Source: Enoplolaimus lenunculus (lineage: Eukaryota). Taken from it: 64,000 nucleotides of DNA. A model generated the notes under the pieces. The model saw only the letters and a list, made by a program, of their open reading frames with translations. It was not told the DNA's origin and did not search any database. Made by a program: the position numbers and the translations under genes. Numbering within the stretch: position 1 is the first letter of the stretch; every line of letters begins with the position of its first letter. The stretch covers positions 434,001-498,000 of the forward strand of contig JASANG010001402.1 of assembly GCA_030248215.1 (NCBI GenBank), in the 5' to 3' direction. This document shows positions 1 through 14,516 of this stretch, piece after piece.

Positions 1-764
1 TCGCACGCTGATAATATCATATTCTTTTGCAAGAAAGACTGCACACGGTAGTGTGCAAGTAAACCGTGTCCAAATGTGACATAAATTTGTTCAAAAGCGA
101 CAAAACCGGATATTTTATAAATTTCCGGCAAATAATTCGCCACAAACTCATACGGGTTTTAAGTTCAAATTTGAGGATCGGCCGGCCGAAAACTGAATTT
201 TGAAGGGTGACATTTTTTTTGCAATTGTGTCATGAACCAGAGTTGAAACCGGTTCTCGGTAGGGTTGGATTCAAAGTCCGGGCCCGTTGGGCATATTTCA
301 GCCAGAGCCATGCCACGAGCGTAGCCAGCTCAACCTGCTGTCGAAACGACAGAACAATTTTAGGATGAGCAATCCTGTTGAAATTGTAAGCTGTTTATAC
401 AGGTGGGGATAAATGTTTTCTGGGGGGTGGGGCTTACTTATTTCTTGGCCCCCTCTGGCTGACTTGATGCGTATGATTGTTTTTCGCAAAGATCGGTACG
501 TTTTTAAGCTTTTTTTGAAAATTTGAAAATATTTGTTTGATTTTACAGTAAAAAAACACGCCAATTTTATCACCCAGGCGAAAAAGGCTAAGAACACAGT
601 CAGATCAAGAAAAAAACACATTCCTGACCCATTCCTCATAAACAAATCCTTTAAAAGCGGCATCTGGTTTGCGATTAAACGGCGTACCTCAAACTGTGAT
701 GAACATAAACTTTCTAAGCACTTTTCGCAACCACAGGTCAATCCAACGAAAGGTCAGCCATATC

Positions 765-941
765 CAGTGGCGGATCCAGGATCTCAAAATGGGAGGGGCC
801 AAAATTTCACAGGTAATAAACTTATTTTTGACCCATACACAAACCACGAACTATTGTCACAAAATTGCTATAGAATTTTTGTCGAGATGCTGTTGGGGGG
901 GAGGCCCACGACCGGGGTGGCTCCCCATGGATCCGCCATTG
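765..941 (+). mobile_element. hAT-like MITE (CAGTGGCGGATCC TIR), copy 1
   Basis: TIR CAGTGGCGGATCC/GGATCCGCCATTG; perfect 8-bp TSD gccatatc. Confidence 0.85.
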
Positions 942-1825
942 GCCATATCATACCTCGAACACGAATCAAAGCTGAAATTTTGTATTAATAAGATCCAGTA
1001 CTAAAATGGCGTTTGGGCTGTTTTGTGTCGATTCGCTCGCAAAACTACGTTCGCTATCACATATTGTGCTCGCAGGCCCTCGACTAAAGTGTCTGTTACT
1101 CGCGACACTACTAATCTCACAACAGACTCGAAAAATATTTCAGAAGTTTTCGTTATAAGACAAGGAATGTTTTGGCAACGTCTTTGAAAATAGTTTAACT
1201 TTCAATCTTCAAACTATGCCGCTATTTGGTTGAAGAACCGCTCGAGCAGATCGGCAAATCTTTTAACTTTAGCTGCGATTTCATGACGTTGTGACCGGCT
1301 TTGAATTTAACCGCCTGGTTGACTTGAACTCATGTTCTCTCGTGTTTGTTTTTAAAGTATCTCGACAGGTCTGTGACGTATTACAATCCGCCGTCAATCT
1401 TCAAGCTGCGTTACCATTGCGTGCGCGACTTGGTTAGCGGGTCGCAAGCTATTTTGGAAAAAATTTATTCAGCACTTTTAAGAAAATATTTATTTAGCAC
1501 TAAATTTTTGGAGGTTTTTACGTTAAAAGTTTTGAACGATTTTTATTTGCTATAAAATGAAACGTTAGTCTAGCAGTCTCGCGGAGTGCTATTTTGATTC
1601 TTTGCTAGAATTTTGATTTGTTTCAAATTCGAACGTTTTAGTTTTCTTGCATCTATTAAATTTGAGGCTCAATGCAAAAAACATGGCCGTAACAGTAGTA
1701 TAAGCATATTCCTAAGCCTAAGCGTAAGAGTGAGTTCATACTTAAGCCTAAGGATAAGCCTAAGCTTAAGCAAAACAATCAATCTAAAGCTTCAGTTTGC
1801 TTTATCGCAGTTCTACAGAAAAACG

Positions 1826-2057
1826 GACCCATGTATAGAACAGGGCCGGATCGTATTCCGGAGAGGCTATAATAGTGTCCGTTTAAGCTTTAGACTAATT
1901 TTTTGCTTAGGCTTACGCTTAGGCTTAGGCTTAGGCTTAGGGATAGGCTTATCCATACGCTTAGGCTTAGGGACAGGCTCATCCATACGCTTAGGCTTAG
2001 GCTTAGGCTTAGCAAAATGCTTATACTTCTGTTCCGCCCCTGTTCTATACATGGGTC
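1826..2057. mobile_element. TTAGGC-bearing MITE, subfamily A (Merlin-like), nested in an older relative (~1684-2091)
   Basis: TIR GACCCATGTATAGAACAGGG / CCCTGTTCTATACATGGGTC; TSD gaaaaacg/gaacaacg; internal TTAGGC runs. Confidence 0.8.
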
Positions 2058-3760
2058 GAACAACGTTACACCCCCGATGTTTACATGGGCCAATTTTCTC
2101 TCATGATTTCAGTCTTTTCTTTGAACTTGTACACTTGTAAATTACTGTAGTGACCCGAATACGAATGGAGACTGATATTTTACCGTATGGTAACGAACAA
2201 TGACGCACGACCAGTATAGGTCAACCGTAATTGGTTCCGTTATTTATATGTGCCGATAATCATTAATGTTTCATCTCTAAAACGTCAAGTTTAAAACTGA
2301 GAATATTCGTTGAATTTTAAGCTTAATTCAAGTTTCAAATCGAAAATTCCGCCCTCAACCTACCGACGTCTATTCTAAGACCAGGAGATGTAGCCTAAAT
2401 TTCATTTGGAGAGCAGATGACCACATCTAAATGTTAAAGGTTTTTCTTGGCCAACAAGTGCAACGAACGAGCGAAATTTTTCACTTCTGTAGGTTCAGCC
2501 ATCAAATGAACGCTGTTCGAGTCTTCAGGAATTTTGGGTAAGATAAACTATCCGCCAATCCCCCGTGTGTTTGATTCTGCCTAAAGCTATATATGCTTAA
2601 TATTTCCTAGCTATCTCGTACGCAACACGATAGCAACAACTCGGCAAACTCTAGGTATATATTTTCGTTTCGCATATTGAATTTTAATTTGTATACTACA
2701 TGTTAAACATAAACGTCCTCAGACAAATATATATAAAAGGACCAACTACATACTTCTCCGGATAGAGGCATACAGTGATAATGAACTTCAAAACGTGCCC
2801 TCAGGGACCCAAATATGAGTTCTACTCTGACTCAGTCAAGGGTAAAATCACGTTTAGGCCCAACGGCCATGAAGTCTGTCTTGTTCGATAACACAAGTTT
2901 CAAAACCGTTGTGGCTAGCGCTAAACGTATCCACCACAGGGGAAGGCAGGAGGGGAGACGTACGCCCCCTCCCGTCAGAATTTTTTGTAATAAAATCGTA
3001 AGGTGCCCCTACCTTACAATTTTTGCGGTTCATTACATTTGTCAACCCGCCCCGTGTCAGAAATTTTGGGATATGCATCTGGTGGTGGCTTAGCAGTGAT
3101 TCGTGTAAGATATTGTGACAGCCGGTGCAGAAATGGACAAACGATTGTTTTGAAATATTTTTTTCAAATTTAAAATTTAAGTATGCAACAATTTTCAAAA
3201 TCATATTTGTCAGTCTAGGTAGGAACCAAGGGACATCAGACCTTTCAACTAAGCAGCTGGAAAAGCGGGCTAGAGCGGGGATCGAACTCTCAGCCTATGG
3301 ATCCATAAACTTTCTGTTTTACACTCAAAATTAATATTTCTGATATTTAAGAAAAAATTTCTTACATATGTGAGAAATATGATCAGCAATGTGCAATGCA
3401 TTTATCGTATATGCACCAGGACAAGCATGTGTCACATGCTTACAATATTATGTTTGAGGGTAAACGCCGTCTGCCTGCGATCAACAAATCAACTGCTGTA
3501 GTTATTTATTTCAACATACTTCAACTTTCTGTTTTAGAATAAAAGATTCTTTCGTAAGGCTGATCAGGCATCATGAATTTGATACTATTAGAAGAAGTGT
3601 AAGTAGACATGGAATACACAAAAGCTAGAATTTCAACGCGGGTTGATTTCAAAGATCAAATGCCCATAGTTGGCCAACTGCACGTCGTTGTACCGTACAA
3701 TTCGCTTCCATCTAAAAATGTTTTCAACGCTTAGAAAGGCTCGCGCTGCGAGCTGTCGGC

Positions 3761-3999
3761 GGCGCATGTAAAGATCAGGAGCGGAACGTTTTTCTGTGAG
3801 ACTGCAATAGAGTAAGCATAAGCTTTAGACACATTTTTGGCTTGGTTTAGGCTTAGGTTTAGGAATACGCTGATTCTTACGATTAGGCTGAGGATTAGGC
3901 TTAGGCATATGTTCATTCTTATACGCTTAGGCTTAGGCTGAGGATTAGGCTTAGAAATAGGATTATAATACACTTCCGCCTTTGTTCTTTGAATTGGCC
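3761..3999. mobile_element. TTAGGC-bearing MITE, subfamily B (degenerate)
   Basis: GGCGCATGTAAAGATCAGG ... TGTTCTTTGAATTGGCC with internal TTAGGC. Confidence 0.7.
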
Positions 4000-4594
4000 G
4001 CTGTGCGCAAACTACTAAGTTAGCGGGTTCTTTTTGTCATAAGCTGGTTAAGCTAGTGTACAACGGTTATAATAGTTTTGAGTATTTGTAGCCTGAAACT
4101 GAAGGGCGTCCTTTACATGGTATTAATCTCGTAATCCATGGCTGACAGATTCTCAGTCCAGCGCGCTACCACTGAGCCACACCGCCTCACTGTCAACTGC
4201 AGAATTTTTATGTTTTTTGCCCTATAAGAACCGCAAACTATGTTTTTACAGCTTCTGCATATGAAAGCAATACATATACGTCAGCTTTTAACTGCTGTGC
4301 TTTAGCACTTGTATGTAATTTAACTTCTACGGTTTTGGAATTAGTATTAATATTCCCTGTCTCTTAGCAATCGCGGCTCTACCCCGGCAGAGGCTAGGGG
4401 GTCCAGCGCCCGAGCTCCGGCCATCCCACCATAAGGGGCTTCCAACCATCCGGAAACCGACGGTATGTTTCAATGGATAACAAGCCATCAAAAACCTACC
4501 ATGCGATAGTTGGAGAGTGCTGGTTGCGTTCTTCGGCTCGCTTAGACGCAATGATGCGCAAAATACTTTCCCAAACGTCAAAAAAACTCTTCGG

Positions 4595-4876
4595 AATTTA
4601 GGCTTCTAGGCATACGGGCCCCGGTCCTCTCATCTCCCTTTATCCGGCCCTGCTTAGGTCCAGTTGTAAGCATTTGTTTACATTTTTTACCCTTTTTGAA
4701 AAAACGTTCAATTTTTAATGTTTAATTAGGCTCTTCGCAATTTGGGCTTCTAGGCATACAGGCCTCGGTCCTCTCATCCCCCTTTATCCGGCCCTGCTTA
4801 GGTCCAGTTGTAAGCATTTGTTTACATTTTTTACCGGTTTTGAAAAAAACCGCTGACGTTTTAATGCTTAATTAGT
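4595..4876. repeat. Local direct duplication of ~140 bp
   Basis: ggcttctaggcatac...ccggccctgcttaggtccagttgtaagcatttgtttacattttttacc occurs twice (~4595-4729 and ~4739-4876). Confidence 0.85.
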
Positions 4877-5228
4877 CGTTGAAAATGACTACCAATTAAT
4901 CATTTATTTACAAATATACAGTGATTTGGTACTGTAAAGCACATGATTGGAGTCCGAAATCATGGTTAACTGATGTATTAAACGGTTAGGCTTAGACTGA
5001 AACGTTGGTTTTTAGATTTTGGTTTAGAAAACAGCCACCGTTAACTGGGATGTATATGTTTTTTAAATTAAATTCTCTAAGCTTTTTAGATACGTTTGAG
5101 TTTTAATTGAATTAAATTTTTTGGATTGAATTTTTACTTACGGACTTTTGAGCCCATATTCTCACAAATGTGTATATAGCAACTATCATCAGTTAGTAAC
5201 AGCAAGAGTCGATAATAATTGCTATTTA

Positions 5229-5508
5229 ACAAGAGTGTGCAACTGGGCACATTGTGGGTAGAAAAGAATGTACGCGGCACGCGTTGCTTTTTTACCCTTC
5301 CCCCTTTATTTTGAGGGGTACAACCGGTGCGAACCATTGCACTTTATGTATGCGGCGTCAAACATGCGCCCCTTATAGTTTAATTTAGAGGGGGTTCGTG
5401 TGATAGCAAACCGCCCCCTCTAAACAAGAGGGGGTATCGGTCAAAAACGCAACACCCGGTGGTACATTGTGTACCATGCGCGGGACCCCAAGAGTTGCAC
5501 AGTCTTGT
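5229..5508. mobile_element. MITE with ACAAGAGTGTGCAACT TIR
   Basis: ACAAGAGTGTGCAACT / AGTTGCACAGTCTTGT; left-end fragments recur near 6937 and 18065. Confidence 0.55.
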
Positions 5509-5790
5509 CATTATCTACTCTTGGTAATAGGTTTTGAAACTCACTAACTATTGCTGTTGTGGAACTCAAAATTGGAGCAGGAATAGCGCAAATCATATGC
5601 GAAGAATGTGCTGAATTTTGAGCCTTTGCATTCACTGGTTCAAAAGATATAAGAGCCCTGGTCGGAGATAGAAGTTAGAGCTTAAACTGTTTTTTGAGTA
5701 CAAGGTTTGTCTCTAACACTTTTTAAAAAATGCACACTAGTTTATTGTTTTATTGATTAACGCTGGACCGATAATTGTTTAACGATTTTC

Positions 5791-6083
5791 TTAAAAATTG
5801 AGATAAGCTAAAATATTAAAAATTGAGATAAGCTAAAATATTAAAAATTGAGATAAGCTAAAATATTAAAAATTGAGATAAGCTACAAATTGAGATAAGC
5901 TATAATATTAAAAATTGAGATAAGCTAAAATATTAAAAATTGAGATAAGCTAAAATATTAAAAATTGAGATAAGCTAAAATATTAAAAATTGAGATAAGC
6001 TAAAATATTAAAAATTGAGATAAGCTAAAATATTAAAAATTGAGATAAGCTAAAATATTAAAAATTGAGATAAGCTAAAATAT
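5791..6083. repeat. 25-bp minisatellite, ~12 units
   Basis: (ttaaaaattgagataagctaaaata)n. Confidence 0.95.
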
Positions 6084-6355
6084 ATTTACCATTTGTATCC
6101 AAGCTGCTTAACGTTTCCGAACTGAAAAAAACACAATCATTCCCTATCTAGCATGTGATTCCGGCTAATGTTACTTTTAGGTTCGTAACTCTAGATAAAC
6201 ATTTTCCTAAGCCTAAGCGTAAAAGCAACTATCAATTATGAGCCTAAACCTACACAAAACTACTCCTAAATCAAATCCTACTGTAAGTACTGCAGTTGTA
6301 CGACAAACCGTAACAGCCCTAAAAGTAACATAAACCCGAAATCCTAACTTGCCTC

Positions 6356-6558
6356 GGCCCATGGTAAAGATCAGCGGAGGAAAGTTTTTCTGTGGCACTA
6401 GAATAGAGTAAGATTAAGCTTTAGACTAATTTTTTGCTTGGATTAGGCTTAGGCTTAGGCTGAGGAATATGCTCATTCTTTCGGTTAGGATTAGGCGTAG
6501 GCTTAGACTTAGGAATATGCTTATAATACTGTTCTGCACCTGTTTTTTTACATTGGCC
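6356..6558. mobile_element. TTAGGC-bearing MITE, subfamily B
   Basis: GGCCCATG...ACATTGGCC; TSD cttgcctc/cttgccgc. A degenerate subfamily C copy is adjacent (~6163-6336). Confidence 0.78.
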
Positions 6559-7070
6559 CTTGCCGCTTCAGTGTAACATTAGTGCGCCAGTACACGGTAT
6601 ATGTGAGTACTCTGATTTTGAATTTTTTCAAAATATTTTGTCAATTCGGATTAAATTTTAACAAATTTAAAATCTTAAAATCGCGAAACGAGAAAGAAAT
6701 TATACAACACTTGCCGTATATTTTAGTGTGAGTGATTTTAATACGACACGACACGGCCATCCTTTAAATATATTGGTTGCCTAATGTATATAGGATAGTA
6801 TATATGTATATATGTATATATACTCCAAAGTCAGTTCCGAGGAAAGCGAATTATAAGATTGTCGATGCGGTGTGAAACAAACCAGATATTATGAAATCGG
6901 CGTTGTTTTATACCAGAGTGGATGTTGTATACTTCAACAAAAGTGTGTAACTGGGCACATTTTGTGTAGGAAAGAATGTACCCGGCACGTGTTGCGTTTT
7001 TGGATCACCCCCTTTACTGTTCCGCCCCTGTTCTTTACATTGTCCATTAATTCTTTATAGGTGTGTCTTA

Positions 7071-7529
7071 CTGTAGTGATGCGAAGAAGACGGAGGTAAT
7101 AAGAGGGTTGGAGGGTCCCCATTTTGAGTCCCACTCAATAGGAGTCCGTTTCCCTAATAAGAGTCCGTAAGCGGATAGAGTTCCTAAACCCTAAAATTAG
7201 AGTCCATAAATATCCTATTATTCCTAGTTGTAGCGCATAAATAATGACACTCCAGGACCAAATAACTCTAAGTTCAAAACTTTAAAGCATACTTAAGTTT
7301 TGAAAGTACATTCCTAAGTATATTTTTGTATGATGGCTTAAAAGCTTCTAATACAAGACAAATACACAATGCAAAGGACAGTTGCAATAACCCGATATAT
7401 ATTAGTAGCGAATGGCGGCGCGCCGGGCGGGTTAAAAATAAATAACAGTCCGTAACCGAATAACAAGGGGGGTACCCTCTGGAGAGGCCAAATAAACATC
7501 AGTCCCCCGTCTTATTCGGGTCACTACAG
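7071..7529. mobile_element. TA-flanked MITE (CTGTAGTGACCCGAATAAGA TIR)
   Basis: TIRs at both ends with TA flanks; second copy at ~43983-44400; isolated ends near 2143 and 40818-40836. Confidence 0.72.
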
Positions 7530-10500
7530 TAAGTAAAAAATAGTTTAAAGGAAGAATATTGACTCGGGCCATAGGTGTCAACCGGTTACGTGCATTGTGA
7601 TGTCATCAATCTACGTTAGCATCAATAGAAATACTACTAAACCGCAAGGCAAATAGTCTCTCAATGTGGAGTATAGCTCACTACCCCCAATTCATGCTAA
7701 CAGGTACCCCCGCAGTCGTACTATTGTAGTCCCGCGGAAAAACGATTCACTCCTGATCTGGGCCGGAATTGGTGGTAATAAGAGTTTAAGAGTGCAGTTC
7801 GCGTTTTGTACACATTACCGTACTCGCTTTAGGCTTAGGTTTAGGAAAAGACTAGCCTGTACTTAAGCCTAAGCCTTAAGAGCCATATCAGAACGTAGCT
7901 TGCAATTCTTCCTTCCGCGGCTTAAGGTATCCCATGTGCTTACGTAAAAAAGTTTAACATCTCATGCCGATGGATTTTTAACATTTTAACAACGGCCCTA
8001 TTACGCTATTCTAATGTATTTGTAGCGTTGCGTTCAGTTGCAATTTCGTTTGGCCCATGTTCCTTTTAAAGACATCCAGTTTTCCATAGGTACTATAAAA
8101 CAGAGGTGGCAAAGATCAGGGATGAGAGTTACCGGTGCCGGATGTCGATTTTTTTGCCATAACCGGACATCCGGTCGCATCTTAATATATATACATATAC
8201 ATATATATCTATATATATATTTATATATATAAGTATATATATAAAATATATACGAAAGTATAACATGTTAAATTTAAAAGAAAATTTGAAAAAATTTTGA
8301 AATTTTGATCCGAATGCGCAGTTAATTCAAATTGACATCCGCGATAAAGTATTGATTGCAGTTGCGTTTTGCGTACAAAATATACAAACTGCTCAGTGGC
8401 CAAACACGACTGTAAATCGCACTTCGCTTTTGTTTCACATTTCAACAAACACTTTGGGGGCGTTCGTTTATTGATAAGTTTTGACTTTCATTGTGATTTT
8501 ATGTAATTTTGACCAAAATTTTTAGCTCTAAAACCTAAAAACCGGTGTATAATTGTCATAAGCCGGCTAAAAAGTAGCCTGTGAGACCTTAAACACATAG
8601 CCCAAGACAGAGCATAGCCCAAACGCAGGCGACGACCACCCCACACCCACCCAACCCAAAAACACAAAAAAACCACCTACGATTTTATTGCAAAATATTT
8701 TCTGGTGGGGGCGTACGTCCTCTGCGCTTTCTGGATCGCCAACTGTTGTTTTCGAAGCCTAAACCTGAGCAAAAACGACCAGATCAATGCCTTACCTTTA
8801 ATTGTGGCGTCAAAGTCTACAGGAAACTTTAAATCAACTTAAAACACAAGAGATATCGATCCTTCTGATCCGTAATAATCTTATCGAGGATGTGTCGCTA
8901 GCTAAGTATTTAGATAAAAACGGATCAACTTTAATCATTTAGGGACACTATTAAGTTACAAAATCAGTCTCGTTCGGTGTCTAATTCGTGATCGTATATG
9001 TGGCCAGCGAGGTATTAGCAGGTTGTGCCCTTCGTTAAAGTTGCTTGTTTCGCTTGTTGCAACATTCTGAATAACACGTTACCGAATTTAACACGCTTAA
9101 AGCATATTTGTGATGGACCTGTAGTTCGTATATCAGCGAGGAAACTATCACATCTACTGCCTTAGCACAGAAAAATTTTCTTGTGGACTAAGACCCGTCG
9201 CAATACCATTTATAGTTCATCAAATATCCAACGACCCTTCCCAAAAATTTTATCAATTTCACAGTGTTAATGACGGATTTACACATTTTTTTCAAAATAA
9301 CTGGAAAACGTTATTTTCAGACTTATTTAAAACTTTTCTCAAACCTTTTTTAAAAATTGCTTAATATAAAAATTTTAAACAAAATAGGGGCGGACGGCCC
9401 AGTTTAAGCTGTAGCCTAATTATTTTGTTTAGACTTAGGCTTAGGAATATGCTTATACTACTGTTCCGGTCTTGATCCATACATGGACCTCATAGACAAT
9501 CCCATATCTTTAAACTTTGTCTTATGCACAATATCCTGCTACCCCAAATATGGAGTGATGTGTCCTTTTAATAACAACTGAGTTTACCTGTATATTATGG
9601 GTATCCGTTGTATTTGTTGGTGTAAGTCGTCCAAAAATACCATTACAAAATTAGCAATAGTATTTGCATATTGCAACTTTGCAATATTACTATAGAATGC
9701 AGTGCATGCGCGCAAACTGTCTCATCAAATCAACTCAACCTGCAGTCGTTCAAGTTACACGCATTTACGCTGACATTAACTGTCAGGGACTTATACCTAC
9801 ATTGGTGAAATAGGAGGGAATATACAGTTCTAACGAAGAGATAAGAAAATAGCCCGTTTACCAGGGTACAAGAAACACATCCTTATAAACGGAACGGTTG
9901 AAAATATTTTGCCTGATAAAGCGGAGTTTGGAGTTTGATATTCAGGTATAGCATTCCGAAATAAATCCAAGTAAAACCCTCTACTGCGAACTATGTATAA
10001 TACTCATATTCAAATATGTGTATAACGCAGTTTGTGTTGCAAAAACCTTGACATTTCATGAACAATAATAATTGTGATGTATCGCTTCTGGTTAAATTTA
10101 AATATAATACACAGTATATACAATGTGTTAAAAATTCAGTTTAACACTGTGTATATTTGAAGAGAAATTCTCTTAAATTTAAGACATTTGGCCTTGAAAT
10201 TGAAAATTATGATTTTACACACCGGTGCATATTTTACTAACAGTCGATATGAAGTACTAGCGGTAGATGCAAGTTTTGAGTTTATATATATTAATGTTAA
10301 TATTTTTTAATTTTACACATTTTATTAAATACCAGGCATAGACAACCGTCAACTTTATGCCGTCCTGCGGCAGAAAAAATACGAGCCAGAGTCTTCAGTC
10401 GTATCTAGAAAAAAAATTCGCTTCGTGGGGCAGTTTGAGCCCCAATTGTAAATCGCGATCAAATACCCATGTGGTATTTTGTCAAATTGTAAACACACAC

Positions 10501-11742
10501 CGCCCCCCCCACGCCGACAGAAAAGGCAAACCCCCCACCAAAACACCCACAACCAGCCGCACGCGACACCATTTTCTCACCATTTTTTACAGGGTAGAAT
10601 TTGTAAACGAGCATAGCGAGTAATTAACATTTTGTTGACTTTTTAAAGTATAAAGACTGTATTGGCAATTGTTTTTCGCAGCCCTTATGAGATATTTAGA
10701 CACACTTTGTTTGCATACTTCGAATGTGCACGCCATTATCTGTTTTGGACTTAATTGTGCTTTATATGTAAGCTTCATTCACTGTTTCAGTTAGCTTTGT
10801 TGTCTTAGATATTACGACAGTCCTACCACTGCCAGCCGCATCAATTGGAGAGTCCAGCGCCGGATTAAAGGGGGCTCAGGGTGCCTGGCCTCTGGGCCTC
10901 TCACCGAAAATTGACCTCCCACTAGCCGAAAACTGACTTCTCTAAGTGCAAATCTAAAACAGTCCTTGGGCCGTAAATTTTGTTTCGTACTTTTGGTACA
11001 ATTTGTTTCATTAAAATGTATCACTTTAAGCTCTGTTGCATTAAATAATTATGCTTAATAAAAGGACCTGCTAGTCATACGGACCCCAAGAATCCCAGTC
11101 ATATGGACCCCACGTCTCCAGGTCATATACGCCCCTGGGCTCCCACCACCTTAATCCGGCCGTGGAAGGGTCCGACTTTAGCAGGACCACTTACACTGAG
11201 AAAGACCATATTTCATATCTTGAAACATTCGGTTGCGAAGAGCTCAAAATTGGACCTATATTTTACACTGTTTTTAACAGCAAAACGGTTCAAGATTCGA
11301 GAATATGGCCGTGAAGTAATTTTGAGATCCGAAACTACATTTACTTAGTATTGCTTTGAAAATAGCATCAGTACCTGAATATCTCGACCATAGAATTGTC
11401 AGGTTTGCTTAAATTTGGTATTGTTTTCACTGGTTTATAAAGGAATATTTCTTTGTTCAGCTATAGACCACAGTCCTTTTTCTAGTTTTTCCTTTATTTG
11501 GGTGTATTGCACACATTCAATGATTTTGTCAATTTGGCTGTAACGTTTGTACTAAAATGCATATTTTCTCGTGGATTGGATCCAAATAAACTTTTTCTCT
11601 TAGTATCCGTACCAACAACTTCTAAATATATCAAAGAGCAGACAAGGCGAAATAATATTTTGACCTCGGCTCACACCTTCATTCGTATATACATTTAGGC
11701 TTACGGACAAGACGGGACACTGCCTAAACCTAAACCTGAGCC

Positions 11743-11915
11743 CAGTGGCGGATCCAGGATCTCAAAATGGGGGCCCAAAATTTCACAGGTAATAAACTTA
11801 CTTTTGACCCATACACAAACCACGAACTATTGTCACAAAATTGCTATATAATTTTTGTCGAGATGCTGTTAAGGGGGCCACGGCCGGGGTGGCCTCCCCT
11901 ATGGACCCGCCATTG
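11743..11915 (+). mobile_element. hAT-like MITE (CAGTGGCGGATCC TIR), copy 2
   Basis: Near-identical to 765-941; perfect TSD cctgagcc. Confidence 0.85.
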
Positions 11916-13765
11916 CCTGAGCCTAAGTCCTCACGCTAAATGTGTTGCCTAAAAGTGGACAAGACCCTTCTACAAGAATTACAATACTGTGACAGCCGTC
12001 TGTCACTCAACTCCGTTGTCTTTCCGTAAATTGGGGCTTGTACATAGTAGTAACTATGATAAACGAGTGCGAGCACATTCAACTAATACGTTAATTATGC
12101 GCGCAGGGCAATAACGCATAAATCAAAACGCCTTGTATAAAACTGCAGTTGCAATATACGTTGTGCGCAAATTGCATACTGCAGTATAGATGTATTGCAG
12201 ATGTTATGATTAATGGAGTACATTTGAAAATTATTAATCGACATAGTTGTTACAGTAGTTTTGTGACAGTAAAGGTAGAATTTTGATTGTAAATAGCTGT
12301 GCAGGAACCAAAGGCGTAGCCGGGGGGTAAGGCCAAGGGGGGCATGGCCCCGCCCCCAATGGTTTTGGAAAAATTTCATTTTTCAATAAATTGAAAATAG
12401 AATTTGTGCGTTTCACTCCCACACACTAGTTGTTGATGGTTTGCTAGTATTAACTGAACCGATATTGCTTAAAATGCATCAAAATTGTATCCGAACTACT
12501 TGTGAAAATTCAGAATCTAGGCCGGAAAATAGAAATTGTTTATTCTGTATTTGTTTCCTTTACGAGTCAAAATGTTTCCCGTCCATATGTAATAACTGAA
12601 TTCCTAAAGTAGGCTGAGGCTCAAACTTAGGCGCAGGTTTAGCGTAACTCGCAGCTTAAGCCTAAGCTGAAGAAATACTAATAGCAGCGTGGGGAAACTT
12701 ACGTTCTAGCAAATTAACACTTGTGTGGAGGGACTATTCAAGTATACATTCATTTAGTACAGTTCAGACGGGACATAAACAATTTCTGAGATAAAAAACC
12801 AGGAATAGGAACTGGAATTTGAAATAATTATCATCGAATTACGGTTTGCTTGGTGTAAGCAATACTTTACATTTTCCATGTTTGACAAAATTAATAATTG
12901 GATCATTTTTTCTTTGAATAGGGCCGCTGCGAATGATACATGGGTATTAACGAACGACATGCCCCGATGGATCACATAAGGCCATAATGAACCATATGGG
13001 GGTCTCGTCGTACCTTACGGGAGCAATGGCGGCCTTTATGAAAGGAGGGGATGGGCCTCGCGAGGAAGTTGGCTCAGCCCTGGTAATTTTGAGCTAGAAT
13101 TTAGGCATCTGTTTTATGACTGCACAACTAACAAGTTCACCGTAACGTCTAGTTAAGTGTCAGCTAATGTGAGACGTACGGGAGTTAACTTTGGTCATAT
13201 AGCGTGCCCTAGTACCCTCTCAGAAGCCCTGGACTTATATTTTTTAAGCTTATTTAAAACATATTTAAATTTTGTTTATATCTTCTTTGTGTGTATTTGT
13301 AAAACAAGGCAAATACAACACAACACGGACAGAGTGGATATATTTCGATCCGAAATCTTTGAAGACTAAAGAATAGAAGCTTATACCGTGCCTGGATTAC
13401 TTACTGGATCTTATAGTGGAAAAAATTTAAATAAGCTTACACTCGTCCGGAATGAAATCTTAGCTATACGGTTCTAGCGATCACAAATCTGTGAGCTCTG
13501 TGACAGGCAGATTTTCGCGAGATCAGCCGGTTTATTACATCAGCCCGTTTCGAAGGGGGCGACACAACTTTGCGGGTGGGGCAGATGAACAAGCATTGAT
13601 CAGATGCATCCTTTCATATAACCACTTTATAAGTACTGCTCATCGCGCTGCGTTCGATTGCTGTGGTTTCGTTGTAAACACAAAAACAGCATCGAGACTT
13701 AAGCTTAAGGGGGCACTTAAGAGTATATTTATGTTTTACTTGGGTTTCTTTATTTTGGTCTAAAA

Positions 13766-14318
13766 TCAACAACAAAGACAAAATAAACAACCACAACAAC
13801 AACAACAGCAGCAGCAACAACAACCAACAACAACAGCAACAACGACAACAACAGCAGCAGCAGCAGCAGCAGCAACAACAACAACAACAACAGCAACAAC
13901 AACAATAACAACAACAACAACAGCAGCAGCAACAACAATAACAACCAACAACAACAACGACAACAAGAACAATAACACAACAACAACCACCACCAACAAC
14001 AACAACAACCAACAACAACAACGACAACAAGAACAATAACACAACAACAACAACCAACAACAACAACAACAACCAACAACAACAAAAACAACAACCACAA
14101 CAGCAACAACAACAACAACAATAACAACCAACAACAACAAACAACAACAAACAACAACAACCAACAACAAACAACAACCAACAACAACAACAACAACAAC
14201 AACAACAGCAGCAGCTGCAACAACAACAACAACAACAACCAACAACAACAACAACAACAAACAACAACAACCAACAACAACCAACAACAACAGCAACAAC
14301 GACAACAACAGCAGCAGC

Positions 14319-14386
<68 letters not shown>

Positions 14387-14451
14387 CTACAACAACAACA
14401 ACCAACAACAACAGCAACAACGACAACAACAGCAGCAGCAGCAGCAGCAGC

Positions 14452-14516
<65 letters not shown>

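Noticed and set aside
30..126. piggyBac transposase C-terminal Cys-rich remnant (CPKCDINL-like)
   Set aside because: Requires a stop and a frameshift, is very short and lies at the window edge; cannot be supported.
1900..2012. True telomere or chromosome-fusion scar
   Set aside because: The TTAGGC runs are short, interrupted and enclosed by TIRs and TSDs.
1613..2140. ORFs with LGLGLG, LRLRLR or PKPKPK repeats (also near 21891, 29956, 32715 and 34119)
   Set aside because: Translations of TTAGGC arrays inside MITEs.
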